From NCBI GenBank assembly GCA_013335095.1, contig JAAXWF010000001.1, forward strand, positions 86,797 to 150,796: a stretch of DNA of 64,000 nucleotides, in the 5' to 3' direction. Every line of letters begins with the position of its first letter. Position 1 is the first letter of the stretch. The position numbers were made by a program, and so were the translations under genes. The DNA is from a candidate division WWE3 bacterium (GTDB lineage Bacteria; Patescibacteriota; 4484-211; GCA-002791395). This document shows, in pieces, positions 58,901 through 64,000 of the stretch. The notes below the pieces were generated by a model that made no database searches, had not been told where the DNA came from, and saw only the letters and a program-made list of their open reading frames with translations.

Positions 58901-60143
58901 GTCGCGAGCTTAATAAACTACCAAATTCATTTGTAATAGTACCCCATACAATTAAACGATTATCAGGATATATAATTTGATACGAAGTTACTGGTGGAAC
59001 ATCTATATTCAACATTCGACGCCAGTCCGACGATTGTTCAAATGACATATCGTTCTCAACAACCCATACCTGTCCGACTCCATGGCTATGCGAATTCAAT
59101 GCAGACTGTCCATCCCAGTCAGAATATGAAGGGCTACTACTTTCACGTCTCCACACAATTATTTCATAAAATCCTTCTGGAGCAAAAGCCTGAAAAGAAA
59201 ATGTACTAGTTGTACTGCCATTTGCCGGATCTACAGATTCAACATTCCGGATTGCTCGTCCTTTGATAATTGGAAAGTCTAATACCCCAGCTAATTGCCC
59301 CGAAGCCGGGCCTGTAGTTGCCAGAGTCCGAGTTACCCGTTGAGCCCAGATTTCGTACTGACTACCACTAGGTTCCTTAGCACTAATACTTATACGAAGC
59401 GTGTCGTTTGGAACGACAGGAAATGTGTTTATGTTATTACTAATATCAAGTTCATTACGTGTTGTAACAAAGGCATGACGGACTGCTATTTGTTCAAAAT
59501 TGCGGCTAGCTCCAGTAACTTCGACCTGAGAATCTACAACCTTTACTTGACTATCGGGCAAATAGTTTGCTTTATAGGAGAACACATCTAGAATTTTATC
59601 GTCGTTCTCAGGCATTCTAAATGACCAATCGCGTTGTATCCCGCTAGAAGTACGGCAAGGATTTGTGGGTGTATCGGTAGTATCGTTTGCAGCGGGCGCA
59701 AATGAAGCGCTGGTACATTCGACACGGCTGACAGTACCGCCATTTAAAATAAAGGGAAAGTAAACACCATAATATGAACCAGCTGGCAATCCCTGGACTT
59801 GGAAACTGCCGTCTGTTCTAATCTGAGTACGTACCGCTAAGTTTGAATTTATCCAAGATTCACTCGTAAATACACCTTGCTCGTTAAACCCAGCCCAAAA
59901 GTCAAAGGTGAAAACGTATACAGGAAGCCCAGCCAGCTCAGCAAACGCCTGAGTAGGATCGTACGCTTCGCCAATGAAGGCAGGGATTATTCTTCCAGTG
60001 AAGATATCCGCATTGGTTGGTCGGTTTACCGCCTCGGCTGCCGGGGCTTGACTAAGTAGTACACAGGCTACTAATGCAATAGTCAAGGACCCCCCGACAA
60101 ACCTTAGCATTTTTCGTATATTCATCTTTCTCAACTCGCTCAT
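55902..60143 (-). CDS. giant (1413 aa) surface protein: signal peptide, ~880-aa extracellular region, VirB6/TrbL-like polytopic domain, basic cytoplasmic tail
   Basis: Signal peptide ...ALVACVLLSQAPAAEA. A 6-8 TM bundle spans aa ~905-1155. A ~260-aa Lys/Arg-rich tail follows. This architecture is typical of VirB6-like proteins in monoderm type IV secretion systems. Confidence 0.5.
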   Translation of the reverse strand: MSELRKMNIRKMLRFVGGSLTIALVACVLLSQAPAAEAVNRPTNADIFTGRIIPAFIGEAYDPTQAFAELAGLPVYVFTFDFWAGFNEQGVFTSESWINSNLAVRTQIRTDGSFQVQGLPAGSYYGVYFPFILNGGTVSRVECTSASFAPAANDTTDTPTNPCRTSSGIQRDWSFRMPENDDKILDVFSYKANYLPDSQVKVVDSQVEVTGASRNFEQIAVRHAFVTTRNELDISNNINTFPVVPNDTLRISISAKEPSGSQYEIWAQRVTRTLATTGPASGQLAGVLDFPIIKGRAIRNVESVDPANGSTTSTFSFQAFAPEGFYEIIVWRRESSSPSYSDWDGQSALNSHSHGVGQVWVVENDMSFEQSSDWRRMLNIDVPPVTSYQIIYPDNRLIVWGTITNEFGSLLSSRQLTVSGPSLVRMPNARLLVESDLGIDYSGSNNDDQNVRYVYLPSTGTGNQGIAVRGIYQFGSNMVAGSGTVARSDDVTVILDNSVADLSRFDRAASGTGLFRSTDGPRRIDVVAHESATGNEGFDEGLLINVPGPGGTQYAPGARVTVAEVGSEGIDVPAENNLYYTNRIGQVHIPPADLRPITRPGAPAAASGNLGLNVLVRYNQYAGLESVDYAQGSFHRVNVGGLQTASKGPDTYNLALLNWIKDAATPQSALAATPGLRSPVGVTVKIPGQSQVDGRVNVNVYQVTNDVAVQCDIVNDCILFQSNGTDLLSDEPTVDGQLGVVPASGSFIVSLPAPVDGSQVGQICTDASGAPIYCDALTDIGIATNTYEIVVEGDIDGQPVNQSRRISIDSSGTVSPPQVTIDLEFNCEAFARKVANDQSGKMVTIAVPGGGSSNDINLNLDIGAQINGLAAGAACAVGDQFAKHVPGVMSAIFKYGLQTRALTQDQAIISIYDIIRNVVNVLFVLIFVVIGVMTILRYQPEQWHISVILPQLLMGVVLANFSLIIVQALLDINNFLSMALFQFTQEILQQSFTAAGNKAVVGVAGVGAGVAVMGSFASAAVTAVMGLMSLVAATGGGALIGIILFAVIFIGIIFMQVMLLLLLFFARYAIIWLAVIVAPAIFAFSVMPWFDGLRSKWFSAIVGITFVQTAVAAVLCVGILLLTIGADEKSMFAGFGSSLIAMITLWFGVKLPQKMINVDGLAIPTSAAGLANAAAKFSKDTAARRNASLAYRTRKSAEQDAQDKLVPPSRLEKMRRGVSNFGSRAFSVATLGAGGAMTEQFQMAAEDAKTARDKALEAGKRGSKAGSKEGMRMLQRKAQDKTTVIGRRKAQAERFRLWLNKHPEIKNVNFADLPKAETVHDQMPQTLPIFDMQNQKISKQDLAIDKRTGQKRTGLEHLDGQAGDATLKDLITDNTSGKKVSLPEFLRRLDTLDPEQRAGILREARKYKALDDD

Positions 60144-60170
60144 TCCAAACTAAATCAACTACCCGTTTAT

Positions 60171-60506
60171 TTAGAAGCCGAAAACGGCGCCCACATTTAA
60201 CAGGCCAGCTAATAATCGGAAGATAACGAATGCTGATGCGATAATAATCAACCCAATAACTGCGTTTGTAATAGTGCCACGAGCACCTTCAGCTTTACCG
60301 GAGTCATCACCAGCGGTAACGTAGTTAAAACCACCGATCAGAATAAAGATCAAACAAACTAATGCACCTAAAGCGATAGCCCAGTTAATTAACGTTGCGA
60401 CTAATTCTCCAAAATTACCAGTAAAACCTGCCGTTGGAGTTGGAACGACTAGACTAGAGGGCAAGGGTTGCTGTGCTTGAACTTTATTTACTAAAAAATT
60501 AAGCAT
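60171..60506 (-). CDS. two-helix pilin-like protein (VirB2/TrbC-like), paralog 3
   Basis: Signal sequence; helix 1 LINWAIALGALVCLIFILIGGFNYV; loop TAGDDSGKAEGARGTITN; helix 2 AVIGLIIIASAFVIFRLLAG. A strong AGGAGG RBS precedes it. It lies immediately upstream of the giant VirB6-like gene. Confidence 0.55.
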   Translation of the reverse strand: MLNFLVNKVQAQQPLPSSLVVPTPTAGFTGNFGELVATLINWAIALGALVCLIFILIGGFNYVTAGDDSGKAEGARGTITNAVIGLIIIASAFVIFRLLAGLLNVGAVFGF

Positions 60507-60693
60507 ACTATTTGCTCACCTCCTTAAAAAATAATGTAGATGTTGTTAAACTCATTTTAAATCAGTTTATCTTTCAATGATCACTGAAATACCGATATGT
60601 ATAAGTAAATCATACACGCATAATCAATGTCAAGAGTAGTCTGCGATCACTTTTTAACAGGACATTATATCAGACTTTAGTAACGATCCCACC

Positions 60694-62250
60694 CTACTTT
60701 AGTCTCCAAACACCATTCAACTTACTGATCTCTTCAGAGTCGTTTTCTTTTGACGAAAGAGATGTAACACGGATATAATTTGTTGATAGATATTCATTAA
60801 AAACAGTTAACTGCTGTTCGGGCAGTGGTTTATACGTAGGGGTGTAAAAGACTGTTTCAATAGAACGATCTTTTAACGTATTAATCAATTCGTTTTCGTA
60901 TTTCGGGTCAAGAAACTCTGGCCCCGTAGATATCATTTTTGTTGGATTTGATAAATCGAACCAAAAATATACTTCTCCAAGCCACGGACCAATATACAAG
61001 GATTGAACTAACAAAGGTTCTTCGTCTAATATGTTTTTAAGTTCGTTGATATTATTACCCCACTCCTTATCGACCCAGACTCCACCCCTTGGAGTAGTTA
61101 TTCTTATCGTATCTATAAAATAGTAATACTTAATCTTGCTTAATAAACAAATGAATAACAATAAACCGCAAAAGATCAACACCATCGATAGAAATAAATT
61201 GCTGCTTAGGTTTTTAAAAGAGCTCCAATCAAATCGGCCCTTTTTAATAACACTATCCTTAATGGTATTGAGCCAATCGACTCTACGTATCACAGAATAG
61301 AATACATTTGAGTTAAAGGCAAAAGTAAGTCCTACGTGACCTAATGTTGGTGACATCAAGGTAAACAGCAAAAATACCGTACCGAAAATTGATACAACAA
61401 ACAAATCATCTTGCTTGCGGCCTTCATGCCACCATTGCTTCCAAAATACGATTAAGACTATAAAGGTGGCTACCCACAAAGGGCTTAAAAGCTGTAATCC
61501 GTTTCCCGGTAAATAATGGTAAAAGGGGAAAAGGATCGTAGACGATAAAAAATCAAAGAGCCGGCCATTAAAAAGAAAAAAAGCGACCCAAGCCAATGGG
61601 ACAAGGATAGACCCAACGGTTAGTATGAACGATAGATATAGTGATCTTCGGCTAAATCTGTAATTTGTCCAAATTAATATTATTAATGATACAAAGACGG
61701 CCGCCCCCTGCCATAAAATAATACTGGCAACGATTCCGGTTAATGTCCCAATAATGAGCCAACCCAATTCGGTGTTAGTAAACCTTTTATAATAAAGAAT
61801 TACCCATACAACAATTACCGATGCCAGTATTCCGGTCCAATTATGGTTATACATAGACGTAATACTGACACAATTATAAATGAGTAAAGAGATAGATGCA
61901 GAAAAGACTGATTTAAGACATTTGTACGATATTAAGAATACGAGAACTCCAGACAACAGGGTGATAATTGTGACGAGCGTAGCAAACGCAGTTGTTGTCA
62001 CGCCCCAAATACTAAACCAAACTAACAATAAATAATAATTTACTGGCATCCAGAATTGATAAAAATCTACATATAACTTGCCTCCTTTTAACATTTGCTG
62101 TACAGCTCCAATCGCCACGTCACCATCTCCATGCCAATCGACTTTAATACCTAATAGAAGAGTTAACCAAAGCACGAATAATAGGACTGCGATAGAAAAT
62201 AAGGTTCGTATGAATATAGCGGTAGAAAAAAAAGATCGCATAAAATACAA
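60694..62250 (-). CDS. hypothetical polytopic membrane protein
   Basis: About 10 TM helices and a soluble C-terminal domain. Confidence 0.45.
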   Translation of the reverse strand: MYFMRSFFSTAIFIRTLFSIAVLLFVLWLTLLLGIKVDWHGDGDVAIGAVQQMLKGGKLYVDFYQFWMPVNYYLLLVWFSIWGVTTTAFATLVTIITLLSGVLVFLISYKCLKSVFSASISLLIYNCVSITSMYNHNWTGILASVIVVWVILYYKRFTNTELGWLIIGTLTGIVASIILWQGAAVFVSLIILIWTNYRFSRRSLYLSFILTVGSILVPLAWVAFFLFNGRLFDFLSSTILFPFYHYLPGNGLQLLSPLWVATFIVLIVFWKQWWHEGRKQDDLFVVSIFGTVFLLFTLMSPTLGHVGLTFAFNSNVFYSVIRRVDWLNTIKDSVIKKGRFDWSSFKNLSSNLFLSMVLIFCGLLLFICLLSKIKYYYFIDTIRITTPRGGVWVDKEWGNNINELKNILDEEPLLVQSLYIGPWLGEVYFWFDLSNPTKMISTGPEFLDPKYENELINTLKDRSIETVFYTPTYKPLPEQQLTVFNEYLSTNYIRVTSLSSKENDSEEISKLNGVWRLK

Positions 62251-62299
62251 TACACTCCAAGCTTTAGAAAAAAGCTACAACTAGTTATAATTATTACAT

Positions 62300-62647
62300 A
62301 TGATTAAAAAAAGTATATTTTTACTCCTCGCACTAATAATCTACTTCCTGTTCTTAGGTGGATTCGCTTTGTTAGGGTATGGAATATCATTGTTCTTTAC
62401 GTCGATGAGTTTGAATGGAACAGTACCACAACTATTTTTTGAAAAGCTAGTCCTATTTGATCGGATAACGTGGTCAGTACTGTGTGCGCCTATTTCATTT
62501 CTATTCAGTTACCCACTCAATGGGTTTATCGGCCATAAACTAGATCAACGGGACTGGGATCTGGGTAGCTACTCAAACAGCCTGCTGACAATTATTGCGT
62601 TACCGCTCATTCCCCTATTAGTTGTGATGCTTTTAAGACTTATTTAA
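62300..62647 (+). CDS. small hypothetical membrane protein
   Basis: Three TM helices. Confidence 0.35.
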   Translation: MIKKSIFLLLALIIYFLFLGGFALLGYGISLFFTSMSLNGTVPQLFFEKLVLFDRITWSVLCAPISFLFSYPLNGFIGHKLDQRDWDLGSYSNSLLTIIALPLIPLLVVMLLRLI

Positions 62648-62877
62648 ACCGACACATCAACCTATAGCATTGACTTTCGCCTTTACATATGATAAGTTTA
62701 TCGCATAATAATAGCCCAAATTCTGGGCTATTCTGTTCTTTAACAATCTAATTGTAGAACTAAAAGTCTTTCTCCACACAATCAACTCAATCGCAATGCA
62801 TGAGGTACCGGTACAAGCTAAACGGTACCGGTGTCTCAGCCATCGCGGTTGAGATAGCTTGATATGAGGAGGACCGT

Positions 62878-63825
62878 ATGAATCTGCCAGGAGGTGGACT
62901 CGGCCGTGTAGGCGCCGTCGCAATATTTGCGGCGGTCGTTGCACTAATGCTGGCATTTATCTGGCCAGCAGTGCAACAGTACGCACTGTTTGGAACAGCG
63001 ATCCTGATCCTATTCGCATTGGCGGGCGTCGCTGCCTGGCAAAGCAAAATGGGATGGGCGGCAACACTTGCCGTAGCTGGGATTGTCCTGTGGTGGGCCC
63101 TTTCGCAAGGAACCATCAATCTCGGTATTTGGACAGGAGAATCAACCGTAGGCAGTCCGGCACAAATGCTGACCGCCGATGGAAAGGTTGAGAATGCGCG
63201 ACGACCCGGGTGGGTTGCCGTTCAATACGACAAAAGAGTGAACGGCCAATCCTTCCAACCCATACGCATCATCGGCAACAACCTAGGAACTGCGCAACTT
63301 GTTCTGCTACGCGCAAATCGGCAGGGTAGCCTTCTGCTGGACGGTGGACGCCCAGTACAAGTGTATTCCTGCCTCGGTACGACATCTCTGATCGACAGAG
63401 CAAAGGCACTGGGGCAACTCATTGCAGCTGCTGGTGATACCACATGGCAGTGCTCGACACTCATCGGCGGAGGGTACGCAAATCGCTATGCGATGTACCT
63501 AGTATTGGGCGACGGACGCCGAATGCATGTAGGCTACTTCGACATCCTCGGCTACGGTGGCACGGATCCATCTATGGAATCGCTTCCGGCCGCAAAGCCG
63601 GGCGAAACGGTTGACGGTTGGCCAGCAGCGGTGCTACCTACCCATATCCCCGAAATGCCCAAGTTTGAGGCTAAGCCAGGAGCACTACCGCCAGAATACT
63701 CCACAGGAGTTCTTGACGGTAGCAGCACCGCGGCTACGGTTGGCCCAACAACGGGAGCACCGGGAAGCATCTTCCAAGTGACGCCCACTGTCACACTGAC
63801 TGCAACTCCGACCTCTGGCGATTAG
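62878..63825 (+). CDS. hypothetical membrane-anchored protein (GC-rich block)
   Basis: Three N-terminal TM helices, a globular domain, and a Thr/Pro-rich C-terminus. Confidence 0.45.
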   Translation: MNLPGGGLGRVGAVAIFAAVVALMLAFIWPAVQQYALFGTAILILFALAGVAAWQSKMGWAATLAVAGIVLWWALSQGTINLGIWTGESTVGSPAQMLTADGKVENARRPGWVAVQYDKRVNGQSFQPIRIIGNNLGTAQLVLLRANRQGSLLLDGGRPVQVYSCLGTTSLIDRAKALGQLIAAAGDTTWQCSTLIGGGYANRYAMYLVLGDGRRMHVGYFDILGYGGTDPSMESLPAAKPGETVDGWPAAVLPTHIPEMPKFEAKPGALPPEYSTGVLDGSSTAATVGPTTGAPGSIFQVTPTVTLTATPTSGD

Positions 63826-64000
63826 AGGTAATACGCCGTCAGGTCCGGGCAAAGTAACCCGGACCTGGCTAGCTTATATGGAGCATGTACTATGGATGAA
63901 TTCCTAGCAAGGTTCTTTCTACTCTTCGTCTGTATCTTTGTCGGGGCACTAGCTTTCGCAGCTAGTACCGGATCACTGACCGGCACGAGAAGGTCCATAA

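Overview
This 64-kb window has mosaic base composition. By eye it is mostly AT-rich, interrupted by visibly GC-richer blocks at about 10.0-13.5 kb, 19.5-21.5 kb, 24.7-26.5 kb and 62.8-64 kb. The gene content points to a small-genome, monoderm-type bacterium, possibly CPR/Patescibacteria-like; this is an inference from a sortase, an LPxTG substrate, a type IV pilin with PilN/PilO, many membrane and surface proteins, and tightly packed, translationally coupled genes.

Housekeeping genes I can support:
- mutS, rsmA/ksgA, truB and rmuC.
- a DNA-3-methyladenine glycosylase, a D-Ala-D-Ala carboxypeptidase, a YidC-like insertase and a WecA/MraY-like transferase.
- a UvrD-like helicase-nuclease fusion.
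- RNase P RNA (minus strand, about 31339-31815; the ORF track covers it with spurious ORFs), tRNA-Asn(GTT) and tRNA-Glu(CTC).

The most interesting region is a two-part island on the 3' side of tRNA-Asn, covering about 4.8-12.8 kb:
- It is delimited by direct repeats that contain the tRNA 3' end.
- The distal part is AT-rich and carries a tightly coupled three-gene cassette: a 341-aa putative effector, a roughly 75-aa middle protein, and a 586-aa coiled-coil ABC/SMC-like ATPase.
- I interpret this cassette as an ABC-three-component (Lamassu-family-like) candidate anti-phage system.
- The proximal part is GC-rich and encodes a secreted M23 peptidase with three Ig-like domains.
- No integrase is visible in either part.

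Other accessory features:
- Three paralogous two-helix VirB2/TrbC-like pilin-domain proteins. One overlaps a sortase gene; one sits beside a 1413-aa surface protein with a VirB6-like polytopic C-terminus.
- An operon of N/T/S-rich repeat surface proteins sharing an ANTGxN motif, the last carrying LPETG.
- Tandem pilin-like genes with near-identical 3' ends.
- A cluster of GT-C-like membrane proteins.

All coordinates of non-ORF features are hand-counted and may be off by 1-2 nt. No searches or computations were run.
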